From an uncultured Campylobacterales bacterium (GTDB lineage Bacteria > Campylobacterota > Campylobacteria > Campylobacterales > Sulfurimonadaceae): a DNA stretch of 64,000 nucleotides. The position numbers and the translations under genes were made by a program. Below are positions 28,085-36,934 of this stretch, one piece after another. The DNA lies in contig CBFDAB010000001.1 in assembly GCA_965602745.1 (NCBI GenBank), positions 4,211 through 68,210 of the forward strand, given 5' to 3'. Below the pieces are notes generated by a model that worked only from the letters and a program-made list of their open reading frames with translations, was not told where the DNA came from and did no database searches. Positions within the stretch are counted from its first letter, which is position 1. Every line of letters begins with the position of its first letter.

Positions 28085-29272
28085 ATGCCTCGACTCTTAA
28101 TTGGATTTGCTCTTATGCTGATTAGTGTAGTCTCTAATCTTTATGCTATGCCGGCCTTTACTCGTCAGATGGGGGTCTCTTGTAATACCTGCCACTCTCA
28201 AAACGGCTTTCCAGCCTTAAAAGCTTTCGGAAGGAAGTTCAAAGCGAGCGGTTATACTATGTTGGGGACTCAAGGGATGCTCACAGATCCTGTCAAAGAG
28301 AACTTCCTCTCTCTTCCTGAGACCTTAAACGCCTCCTTTGTCGTAAAAATACGGGCGAAAGAGGGGGATGATTCAAAAAGAGTCTTGGAGTTCCCAGATG
28401 AAGCCGCCTTGGTTATCGGGGGACGTGTCTCTGAACATGTAGGTACCTTTATTGAGGTAGGATATAACAGTGCAGATGATACCTTTGGTCTGGCGAATTT
28501 CAAACTTCCTATTACTTACGCAGTTGAGGAGTACACCTTTGGAGCAGTTCCATACAGAACAGATGGATTTGGTCCCTCTGCCTCATTTGAAGTCCTTAAT
28601 ACGGGTGCGGTAAGAAATTCAAGAGTCTTAGAAGAGAGAAGTATTATCTCTGCCCAGCAATATATCGGCACGGCTACTGAGGCGGAGGGCTTGGGGCTCT
28701 ATCTTTATAACGATCTTTGGAATGTGGTCTATTCTGCTTGGATACCGGAAAATGGAACGGTTAGAGACTACTCTCCTGCACATTACGCCCGAGCGGTAGT
28801 TACTCCGATGGTAGGAGAATGGGATGTGGGATTTGGCGGTCAGATCTGGTGGGGAACAGCTAAATATGATGATGATAATACTATATCAACACCGCGACTT
28901 GAAGTAAAAACAGATGCCTTTGCCTTTGACTTTCAGGCTTTGGGAAACATTAATGAGGTGCCTGTAAGTTTCTTTGCTACCTATGCCAGTGCGAAGAAGG
29001 ATGCGAACTCCCTGTATAACACGGGTGCAGATGATAAGTCTGCTGCGACTCTCTTGACGGAAGTTTCTGTTATACCTTCTGTCTTGATGCTCTCTGCCGG
29101 TTACAGAGATGCAGATAATGGGCAAGCAACGAAGGCTTCGGATGATGCAGGGATTGTCGGAATAAAGTACTTTTTAAAAGAAAATGTAGAGTTTCAGCTT
29201 GATTATTCTCATCATATAGATCTGGACACAAATAAGAATCAGGTTCTTTTGATGCTATACGCGGCTTTTTAA
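28085..29272 (+). CDS. putative outer-membrane beta-barrel protein with N-terminal CXXCH motif
   Basis: Signal peptide ...SNLYA|MPAF. CNTCH at nt 28181-28195 lies immediately after the predicted cleavage site. Alternating-hydrophobic strands run throughout, and the protein ends in a C-terminal ...LMLYAAF (terminal Phe). Confidence 0.5.
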   Translation: MPRLLIGFALMLISVVSNLYAMPAFTRQMGVSCNTCHSQNGFPALKAFGRKFKASGYTMLGTQGMLTDPVKENFLSLPETLNASFVVKIRAKEGDDSKRVLEFPDEAALVIGGRVSEHVGTFIEVGYNSADDTFGLANFKLPITYAVEEYTFGAVPYRTDGFGPSASFEVLNTGAVRNSRVLEERSIISAQQYIGTATEAEGLGLYLYNDLWNVVYSAWIPENGTVRDYSPAHYARAVVTPMVGEWDVGFGGQIWWGTAKYDDDNTISTPRLEVKTDAFAFDFQALGNINEVPVSFFATYASAKKDANSLYNTGADDKSAATLLTEVSVIPSVLMLSAGYRDADNGQATKASDDAGIVGIKYFLKENVEFQLDYSHHIDLDTNKNQVLLMLYAAF

Positions 29273-29385
29273 CTTCTTGTGCTAAGTTCTTGAAACAATG
29301 GCTATAAGGGTAATCTTTTTACAAAGCCTGCATGCAATACTGGTATAGTGAAAAGAGTTCATCGCTTTAGTTAAAAAATAAATCT

Positions 29386-29586
29386 ATGAAGCGGAGGTGT
29401 ATGATGTGCGGTATGGGATTTGGATGGATATTTTTCATTCTACTTATAGGCCTTGGAATCTATCTGTTCAATCAAAAAAACACATTAGATAAAAGTGCTC
29501 AGGATATTCTTGATGAACGCTATGCCAAAGGTGAAATAGAGCAAGATGAATATGAAGAAAAGAGTAAAAACTTAAAACACGACTAA
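29386..29586 (+). CDS. small membrane protein with SHOCT domain
   Basis: One TM helix, then ...LDERYAKGEIEQDEYEEK..., typical of the SHOCT short C-terminal domain. It lies directly upstream of copA. Confidence 0.55.
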   Translation: MKRRCMMCGMGFGWIFFILLIGLGIYLFNQKNTLDKSAQDILDERYAKGEIEQDEYEEKSKNLKHD

Positions 29587-29607
29587 AATCCAGTTATGAG
29601 GTCTGTT

Positions 29608-31911
29608 ATGAATAGAGACATTGTATGCGGTATGGATGTACTTGAAAGTACGCCTTTTAAACTTGAGTTTAAGGGTGAACCCTACTACTTTTGTTCTGAA
29701 AACTGTCAGCATAAATTTTCAGAGCATCCCGAAAACTATCTGCATCAAGAGGATGTGAAAAACTCTTACACAAAACCTGACAAAAAGATAAAAGAAGGTG
29801 TTTATACCTGTCCTATGCATCCTGAGGTCTTGAGTAATAAACCGGGGAATTGTCCAAAATGCGGTATGTCTTTAGAACTGCTTCAAGAAAGTGTAGACGA
29901 AGAGGATAATTCAGAACTTCTATCTATGAACAGACGATTTATAATATCTGCTCTTTTTACCCTTCCCCTGCTTTTCGTCTCTATGGGAGATATGCTCCCT
30001 TCCAAACCTATATCTTCTGTTGTTTCTGCTGAATATAAGGGATATATAGAGTTTGTCTTAGCTACTGTTATCTGTACCTATGCGGCTTGGCCTTTTTATG
30101 AGCGTTTCTTTTTTTCTCTAAAAAGCAGGCATCTAAATATGTTCACCCTTATTGGTCTAGGCGTTGGAGTCTCTTACCTGTACAGCTTTGTCGCACTCTT
30201 CTTTCCTCAGATATTTCCTTATAGTTTTAGAGGAAGCGAAGGGGAGGTCGGGTTATATTTTGAAGCTTCGGGTACTATCGTCACCCTTATCCTTTTAGGT
30301 CAGGTCTTTGAACTTCGAGCACGTTCTCAAACAGGGAGTGCCATTAAAAGTCTCTTGAAACTTTCTCCTTCTACTGCGCATTATATAGATGAGAAGGGCG
30401 AAGATCAGGATATCTCTTTAGATGAGATACGCATAGGCAATCTGCTGCGTGTACGCCCGGGAGAGAAGGTTCCCTTAGACGGGATCCTCGTCAAAGGCTC
30501 TTCTTTAGTGGACGAGTCTATGATAACAGGCGAGCCTGTTGGGATTGAGAAACATACTGATGACAGGGTGATAGGAGCGACTTTGAACACAACAGGCTCT
30601 TTTGTGATGAGGGTAGAAAAGATAGGTGCAGATACTCTTCTTTCACGTATTATAGATATGGTAAGCCAAGCCCAACGCTCTAAGGCCCCCATTCAGAAGA
30701 TGGCAGACAGGGTTTCGGGGTATTTTGTTCCTATAGTCATTATGATATCCCTTCTTAGTTTTGCTGTATGGGGGATCTTTGGACCTGAACCGAGTATGGC
30801 TTATGCGGTGATCAATGCGGTGGCTGTTTTAATCATCGCCTGTCCCTGTGCCTTGGGCCTGGCAACGCCTATGTCTATTATGGTTGCTACGGGAAAGGGC
30901 GCGCAGATTGGAGTGCTCTTTAAAAATGCCGAAGCCATAGAGATGCTGAGAAAGGTAGATCTTCTTCTTATCGACAAAACAGGCACTATCACAGAAGGCA
31001 AACCGCACTTAAATACCGTCCTTTGCGATGCTTCGATTTCAGAAGATGAACTTCTGGCCTTATGTGCCAGTATAGAAAAAGGGAGTGAACACCCTTTGGC
31101 AGAGGCTATTGTAAGCAAGGCCAAGGAAAAAGGTCTTGCCTTGAGTGAAGCAGATGATTTTATATCATATACGGGAAAGGGTATCAGAGCAAGTGTCTCT
31201 TCTAAGGAGGTGATCTTAGGAAATAAGACTCTTCTCTTAGAACTTGGTCTTTATAAGGAGAGTTTTGAAGTGCAGGCAAGTGCCTTGGAAAAAGAGGCAA
31301 ATACGGTTATGTATGTTTGTGTTGATAATGAGCTTCTTGGTATCTTGGCTGTGAGTGATCCCATTAAAGAGAGTACTCCCCAAGCCATTAGAGCCTTGAA
31401 AAAAGAGGGTATGAAAATAATAATGCTCACAGGCGATAATGCTATAACGGCAAAGGCGGTAGCAGATAGACTTGAACTTGACGGTGTGGTCGCGGAAATC
31501 TTACCCGAGGCAAAGGCTCAAAAAGTCAAAGAGTATCAGGATAAAGGATACAGAGTTGCTATGGCCGGTGATGGGATTAATGATGCTCCTGCCTTGGCTC
31601 TATGCGATGTTGGAATAGCCATGGGAACAGGAACAGATGTGGCCATGCAAAGTGCTGATATTACCCTGATAAAAGGCGATCTGCTTGGTATAGTTAGGGC
31701 CAAACGTCTAAGTACGTTGACGATGAAGAACATTAAGCAAAACCTCTTCTTCGCTTTTATCTATAACTCATTGGGAATACCTGTGGCCGCCGGTCTTCTC
31801 TACCCATTTTTTGGTCTTCTTTTAAGTCCCATGATCGCAGCCGCCGCCATGAGCCTCTCATCAGTTTCTGTTATCCTAAATGCCCTAAGACTCAGAAGTG
31901 CAGAGATATAA
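29608..31911 (+). CDS. copA: copper-translocating P1B-type ATPase
   Basis: CPC motif ([13 protein letters not shown]), [16 protein letters not shown]-terminal TRASH/YHS-like segment (VCGMDV...YYFCSENC) and YTCPMHPE...CPKCGM metal-binding modules. ATG 29608 (GAGG 6 nt upstream) is preferred over 29596. Confidence 0.9.
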   Translation: MNRDIVCGMDVLESTPFKLEFKGEPYYFCSENCQHKFSEHPENYLHQEDVKNSYTKPDKKIKEGVYTCPMHPEVLSNKPGNCPKCGMSLELLQESVDEEDNSELLSMNRRFIISALFTLPLLFVSMGDMLPSKPISSVVSAEYKGYIEFVLATVICTYAAWPFYERFFFSLKSRHLNMFTLIGLGVGVSYLYSFVALFFPQIFPYSFRGSEGEVGLYFEASGTIVTLILLGQVFELRARSQTGSAIKSLLKLSPSTAHYIDEKGEDQDISLDEIRIGNLLRVRPGEKVPLDGILVKGSSLVDESMITGEPVGIEKHTDDRVIGATLNTTGSFVMRVEKIGADTLLSRIIDMVSQAQRSKAPIQKMADRVSGYFVPIVIMISLLSFAVWGIFGPEPSMAYAVINAVAVLIIACPCALGLATPMSIMVATGKGAQIGVLFKNAEAIEMLRKVDLLLIDKTGTITEGKPHLNTVLCDASISEDELLALCASIEKGSEHPLAEAIVSKAKEKGLALSEADDFISYTGKGIRASVSSKEVILGNKTLLLELGLYKESFEVQASALEKEANTVMYVCVDNELLGILAVSDPIKESTPQAIRALKKEGMKIIMLTGDNAITAKAVADRLELDGVVAEILPEAKAQKVKEYQDKGYRVAMAGDGINDAPALALCDVGIAMGTGTDVAMQSADITLIKGDLLGIVRAKRLSTLTMKNIKQNLFFAFIYNSLGIPVAAGLLYPFFGLLLSPMIAAAAMSLSSVSVILNALRLRSAEI

Positions 31912-31944
31912 AAGAAAAGGCCATCATTCAGTTATAATAAAAAT

Positions 31945-32592
31945 ATGAAAATACTGTTTTTAGAAGATGATCCTGTTATTTCTGATATTGTGCTTGATTT
32001 TTTGAGCGAGTCTTATGATGTCAAACACTGTTTTAACTCTCAAGAAGCTCTTCAGTCGGCTGAAGAGGAAAGTTATGATCTGTATATCTTTGATATTAAT
32101 GTACCGGGTACATCAGGTATAGAACTGCTAAGAAGCCTTAGATCTTTTAATGACCTTACTCCTGCCATTTTTATGACGGCTTACCAGGAAGTCTCTTATT
32201 TAAGTAAAGGTTTTGATGCGGGAGCTAATGATTTTATACGCAAGCCCTTTGAACTTGAAGAACTTCAAGCCCGTATTGAAAACATCAAACGCCTCTTTAG
32301 CATAGATGAAGAGGTCTTTATAAATAAGAATATCCGTTTTAACGCCATGACGCATAAGGTCTTGGCTGAAGAGGAGACGCACTCTCTTAGTTCAAAGCAG
32401 AGTGCGGTCTTAGATTATCTTATACGAAATAAGAACCGTATTGTCTCAACAGAGGAGATCTTGCAAAACTTGTGGGATTATGATGAGATGCCCGGGCATG
32501 ATACGATACGGACTTATATCAAGAGCCTGCGTAATATCTTGGGAAAAGAGCATATTGTCAATATTCGCGGGGAAGGGTATAGATTTGAATAG
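31945..32592 (+). CDS. OmpR-family response regulator
   Basis: 215 aa with a receiver domain (ILFLEDD...LYIFDINVPG) and a winged-helix domain (...IRGEGYRFE). Confidence 0.85.
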   Translation: MKILFLEDDPVISDIVLDFLSESYDVKHCFNSQEALQSAEEESYDLYIFDINVPGTSGIELLRSLRSFNDLTPAIFMTAYQEVSYLSKGFDAGANDFIRKPFELEELQARIENIKRLFSIDEEVFINKNIRFNAMTHKVLAEEETHSLSSKQSAVLDYLIRNKNRIVSTEEILQNLWDYDEMPGHDTIRTYIKSLRNILGKEHIVNIRGEGYRFE

Positions 32593-33733
32593 CTTAGAAA
32601 AAAAGTCTTTTTACTCTTTTTTAGCCCTTTATATACTCTCTTCGTCTGTCTTTATCACTCTAAGCGCGTACTGGTATTATACAGCCCAAAAAAACGCATT
32701 AGAGAGCAACCAGTATTATAAACTGCAACATATCTCAGACACCCTCTCTCAAAAGATCATTCATGCACATATGCAAGGCTTGAAACTTGATATTCCTGTC
32801 TTAGACAAGGGCATAGGTATCGCCTTGATAGATGTGAATAAAGAGGTGATCTATGGTTCTCTTATAAACGACTTCTCTCCATCTAAGGCAGAATATTTTG
32901 AAAAGGGAGAAGATAATATCTTAATATCAGATGCCCCTCAAGAGCATTTGAATATAAAGTTTGTTGTTGTTCAGTCTAAGGCTCTTTTTGAGCAGAAGCA
33001 AGATCTAAAACGCAGGGTTTTAGCGGTTATGGTCTTAAGTATTATGATGATGATAGGCTTGGCGTGGATACTTTCTCGGTTTTTTATGTCTCCTCTTCAT
33101 CAGAAGATAAAGCAGATAGAAGGTTTTGTGCATGATACGGCGCATGAACTAAACACACCCATAACGGCCTTAAGCATGTCTGTATCAAGAGCCTTAAAAA
33201 AGAGAGATTATGATGAGAAGATCTTAAAAAATATCTCCATCAGCACCAAACAGCTTTTTGATATCTACAGATCTCTGGCCTACCTCTCTTTTGACTCCAA
33301 GAAGCAAGTCTCTAGGGAACTTGATCTGAGTACTGTTTTGAAGAGATCTGTGGCCTATTATAAAGAGCTTAGCGAGAGTAAAAAGATAGAGATAAGTCTT
33401 GAAGCTGAAGGATGTTTCTTTGCCATAGATGAGGCCAAACTCTCTATGCTCTTTGGAAACCTTATTAATAATGCGATTAAATATTCCATGCCAAATTCGA
33501 GTATAGAGATCAGCCTTAAAGAGGGTGTGTTCAAGATTCGAGATCATGGAATAGGGATAGAAAAAGAGAAACTTTCAAAGATATATGAACGTTATAATCG
33601 TGAGACAGACTACGCAGGCGGATTCGGGATAGGTCTGAGTATTGTCCAAAAGATATGCCAAGAATATAAGATCAAGGTAGATGTGACTTCTGAAAAAGAT
33701 CAGGGTACTTGTTTTGTCTTAGCTTTTCACTAA
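32585..33733 (+). CDS. sensor histidine kinase (partner of 31945..32592)
   Basis: H-box HDTAHELNTPITAL, N-box NLINNAIKY, and a G-box region GGFGIGLSIV. The likely TTG start at 32585 overlaps the regulator stop. The longer track ORF start (32441) lies inside the regulator gene. Confidence 0.8.
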   Translation: MNSLEKKSFYSFLALYILSSSVFITLSAYWYYTAQKNALESNQYYKLQHISDTLSQKIIHAHMQGLKLDIPVLDKGIGIALIDVNKEVIYGSLINDFSPSKAEYFEKGEDNILISDAPQEHLNIKFVVVQSKALFEQKQDLKRRVLAVMVLSIMMMIGLAWILSRFFMSPLHQKIKQIEGFVHDTAHELNTPITALSMSVSRALKKRDYDEKILKNISISTKQLFDIYRSLAYLSFDSKKQVSRELDLSTVLKRSVAYYKELSESKKIEISLEAEGCFFAIDEAKLSMLFGNLINNAIKYSMPNSSIEISLKEGVFKIRDHGIGIEKEKLSKIYERYNRETDYAGGFGIGLSIVQKICQEYKIKVDVTSEKDQGTCFVLAFH

Positions 33734-33961
33734 AGGATATAGTCTACACAGACTCTTCAGATCGAATCTTTTTACAATATGATGAAAAGACAAAAGGATT
33801 CGTATGAAAAAGCAAATCGTGATTGACCGCACCCGGTTGCATCGACAGACCTTTGTAGTGAACTGATATTTATATCATAATAACGATATAAATTAATATA
33901 TAAGCTTACTCTGTATAATTTATATGTAAAATCTAATAATATTATGTTGAAGGCTCTTCTT

Positions 33962-34744
33962 ATGTCAAAACTATTAACCATTGAATATTCCAAGCTCAAA
34001 GAAGAGATGGATTCGAGATTTGAATCTAATCAGTCTTTGACGAGTGTGGATGTATTTGATGTTTTTGTATCTGCCCTGCATAAAATAACAAATGTATTGA
34101 AAGAAGAAGACCTAAAGCCTCTCGTCTTTAATCAGTTTAAAGCATACGGCGATTTTGATAAGAAGATGCAAGAAGTCGTGCAAAATGTTGCTGATGTACG
34201 CAAGAGTACGGAAGATGCTATAACAGCGATAGATAAAAATGACACAGGCGGTCTAAAGAGTGCCTACTCTCAGTTAAAAGATTATCAGAAACGTATTCTT
34301 GAGCTTGAAGAAGATATGTACACAGATGATACAACAGGTATGTATAACCGAAAATATCTTTTTAATTATGAGCTTGATAAAGATGAAAACTGTAAATATG
34401 ATGGCATCTTGATGCATATAAGCGTGAATAACTTTCAGCAGATTAATAAAGAATATGGACATGAAGCGGGAGATATTGTTTTAAAGTTGGTTGCTAAAAC
34501 ACTAAAAAAACATCTAAGCCCGATGGGTATACATCTTATCCGTTATATGGGTGTGAAGTTTGTTGCTGTTGCTAAAGAAGGTGTCTCTGTAAGGGTGCAG
34601 AAGGCCTTTAAAGATACAGTTGATCTTATTTTGAGTAAAAAGTTTAAAACCCGTGCCGGTCAAATCCTCAATATTGAACTTCAACTCAGCCATAAGGTAT
34701 TTGAAAAAGGGCAAAGCTTTCAAGAAGTATATGAAAGCTTATAA
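33962..34744 (+). CDS. GGDEF-domain protein with degenerate active site
   Basis: Coiled-coil N-terminus followed by a GGDEF fold (TGMYNRKYL...INKEYGHEAGDIVL). The signature position reads RYMGVKF (nt 34541-34561) instead of RxGG(D/E)EF. Confidence 0.65.
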   Translation: MSKLLTIEYSKLKEEMDSRFESNQSLTSVDVFDVFVSALHKITNVLKEEDLKPLVFNQFKAYGDFDKKMQEVVQNVADVRKSTEDAITAIDKNDTGGLKSAYSQLKDYQKRILELEEDMYTDDTTGMYNRKYLFNYELDKDENCKYDGILMHISVNNFQQINKEYGHEAGDIVLKLVAKTLKKHLSPMGIHLIRYMGVKFVAVAKEGVSVRVQKAFKDTVDLILSKKFKTRAGQILNIELQLSHKVFEKGQSFQEVYESL

Positions 34745-34748
34745 CTCC

Positions 34749-35618
34749 TTATATAAAGTATCTCTCCAGGTCTTTGATTACAGCACCGGGTACGGTCATA
34801 ATCGTTGCAAATCCCATTAGATCTAAAAGAGGATATGAGATAGCGATATAATAGTCGGCGCGCATTGCTGTTGCTTTTGCACTTACTTTTCCGTCCTCAA
34901 GCGTCTCATTCTCGATCAAGACCATCCATGGAAGAAGAGCAGCATTTTTAACACCGATCTTGTCAGCAAACTTCATCGTACGTCTCCCAAGGTTTACACC
35001 ATATAGTACTCTTCCTTGCGAAATCTCAAGTTTAAAGACAAGGTTCTTTTTTGCCTTTGTCTCCAGCTTAGTCTGTAATTCAGCAAGATTTCCCTCTTTG
35101 ATCTTTATTGTATCTTGATAATAGGGACGAGAGATCATAAACTGATAATTTGCAAGTCCGTCAAATTCCCACTTGTCTTCAGATGGAGTCAATACAGGAA
35201 AGGCCTTGTTTATAGCATCTAAAAGAGGTGCTTCATCATTTAGATTGTAGTCAGTTTGCAAAAAAGCACGGATAAAATAACGAGGGTTTGTGATACGTAC
35301 TTCTTTATTTTTTGTATTGATTAAAGCACGCATTGAACCTGCAAGAAAACCACGACCCGGCTTGTCTGCAAGTGCTTTTAAATGTGGGTGGGTAAAGACG
35401 ATAGAATCCAATTTTGCCTTTGCTACCTTTGATACAGATACAATCTCAAAACCTTGAGCCTCAAGGGCAGCCTGAACTTCCTCAGTACTTGTTAATGGCG
35501 CGACCAGATAGGTACTGACCTCTTTAGGCCCAGAATATCCTGCAACAACTTCTTTAGACGAACATCCGCTAAAGATGAGTATGGAGAGGGAGAGAAGAGA
35601 TAATAATAATTTACGCAT
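34749..35618 (-). CDS. hypothetical lipoprotein (289 aa; weak DUF302-like N-terminal region)
   Basis: Lipobox FSGCSS. The family assignment is tentative. Confidence 0.4.
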   Translation of the reverse strand: MRKLLLSLLSLSILIFSGCSSKEVVAGYSGPKEVSTYLVAPLTSTEEVQAALEAQGFEIVSVSKVAKAKLDSIVFTHPHLKALADKPGRGFLAGSMRALINTKNKEVRITNPRYFIRAFLQTDYNLNDEAPLLDAINKAFPVLTPSEDKWEFDGLANYQFMISRPYYQDTIKIKEGNLAELQTKLETKAKKNLVFKLEISQGRVLYGVNLGRRTMKFADKIGVKNAALLPWMVLIENETLEDGKVSAKATAMRADYYIAISYPLLDLMGFATIMTVPGAVIKDLERYFI

Positions 35619-35746
35619 TTGAATCCTTTTGTTGAATTAAGTTATTATGCGATTTTATTCTTAAAGTATTGTTTAACTTAGATAAATATTTATTATATCA
35701 ATATATCTTGATATTGTGTTATACTGCTAAAAAAGTAGGAGAGAGC

Positions 35747-36202
35747 ATGAAACGTTTACATATTCATATTTCAGTAGAAGATATACAAGAGAGTAAAAAG
35801 TTTTATACGGCACTTTTTGGGATGGAACCGACAAAAGAGAAAGAGGATTATGTCCAATGGTTAGTGGATGATCCGGCTGTAAATATGGCTATCTCTTCGG
35901 GACGAGACTCAGTTGGCCTAAATCATTTAGGTCTTCAGATGGATAGTGATGAAGCTCTGGCAGAGGTTGAGGATAGACTTTTAAAGGCTAATATCACAGG
36001 CCAGAAACAAGAAGAAGCGCAGTGCTGTTATGCGGAGTCAAAGAAGTATTGGGTTCAAGACCCTCAAAATGTTATCTGGGAAAACTACCATACTATGGAA
36101 CAGATAGAGTATTTTGGCGGCGATGAGTTTACAGGCGGAACAGGATGCTGTACCCCGACCTTTTCCAAGAACGGACAGTGGTCAGCCGGCGGATCGTGCT
36201 AG
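35747..36202 (+). CDS. ArsI/CadI-family VOC (glyoxalase-fold) metalloenzyme
   Basis: MKRLHIHISVEDIQESKKFY..., a vicinal Cys pair QCCYA, and a Cys-rich tail GGTGCCTP...GGSC. It lies immediately upstream of arsR. ATG 35747 has a GGAGAGAG RBS. Confidence 0.65.
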   Translation: MKRLHIHISVEDIQESKKFYTALFGMEPTKEKEDYVQWLVDDPAVNMAISSGRDSVGLNHLGLQMDSDEALAEVEDRLLKANITGQKQEEAQCCYAESKKYWVQDPQNVIWENYHTMEQIEYFGGDEFTGGTGCCTPTFSKNGQWSAGGSC

Positions 36203-36511
36203 GTGGAGACCTTCTTAAGTACGGTTTCTGCTTTAAATGATGAGACCCGTGTACTTATCTTGCGTTTTTTAGATAAGCACGGTCCATTATGTGTATGTGA
36301 CCTGCAAAGTTCATTGGAGATGATACAGTCACGTCTTTCCCGTCATCTTAAGATACTCAAAGAGGGCGGATTTCTTCGTGTCGAGAGAAGAGGAACATGG
36401 GCTTATTATGAGATACGCTCTCCCTTGGACAGATTTCGCATGGAAGCGATAGAAGAGATACGCCATTTAGATATAAAACTACCCCCATTAAAAGAGAGTT
36501 GCAAGATATGA
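36203..36511 (+). CDS. arsR: ArsR-family metalloregulator
   Basis: 102 aa with a GTG start abutting the previous stop. It has the metal-site/HTH motif PLCVCDLQSSLEMIQSRLSRHLKILKEGG. Confidence 0.85.
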   Translation: METFLSTVSALNDETRVLILRFLDKHGPLCVCDLQSSLEMIQSRLSRHLKILKEGGFLRVERRGTWAYYEIRSPLDRFRMEAIEEIRHLDIKLPPLKESCKI

Positions 36512-36912
36512 AAAAAGTTTTGATCTTATGTACGGGAAATTCTTGCCGTTCTATTATTGCAGAGGCCCTTATCAATGCGAAGTTAGACAGATGTGTAGAG
36601 GCCTACAGTTCTGGTGTCAGAGCAAGCGGAAGGGTCAACCCCTATGCCAAAGAACTCCTTGAAGAGCATGATATGTGGAGAGACGAGTATCACTCAAAGA
36701 CGATCGATAAGGTCATAGATAAAGACTTTGACCTTATCGTGACGGTATGTGATCATGCCAAGGAGACCTGTCCAGTCTTTGTTAAACCGGTGAAGACTAT
36801 TCATATCGGTTTTGAAGACCCGGACGGAAAAGGGCCTGAGGCCTTTGTTGATACACTTATGGAGATTGAGACACGCCTTCTTCCTATAATAGAAAAAGAG
36901 CTCTGCTCTTAG
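36508..36912 (+). CDS. arsC: arsenate reductase (LMW-PTPase / thioredoxin-coupled type)
   Basis: P-loop motif LCTGNSCRS and downstream VCDHAKETCP. Its ATG overlaps the arsR stop (ATGA). Confidence 0.85.
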   Translation: MKKVLILCTGNSCRSIIAEALINAKLDRCVEAYSSGVRASGRVNPYAKELLEEHDMWRDEYHSKTIDKVIDKDFDLIVTVCDHAKETCPVFVKPVKTIHIGFEDPDGKGPEAFVDTLMEIETRLLPIIEKELCS

Positions 36913-36934
36913 AAGAGAGAAAAGGAATTTTTAT

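Noticed and set aside
26834-29586. Looked for an MNIO (DUF692) / DUF2063 gene pair that would make the GKCG lipoprotein a bona fide HvfA-type RiPP locus
   Set aside because: The adjacent 264-aa product has a signal peptide and a YfiM-like D-K-x-x-H-F motif, not a TIM-barrel DUF692 pattern. Nothing else in the window fits, so no RiPP cluster is claimed, only a motif resemblance.
32441-32584. N-terminal extension of the histidine-kinase ORF given by the track (start 32441)
   Set aside because: The first 48 codons are an alternate-frame read of the response-regulator gene. TTG 32585, which overlaps the regulator stop, gives a kinase that begins just before its first TM helix.
33772-33999. 75-codon minus-strand ORF between the histidine kinase and the degenerate GGDEF gene
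   Set aside because: It overlaps the GGDEF gene start and its AT-rich promoter region. The Tyr/Ile/Asn-rich translation is typical of random AT-rich frames.
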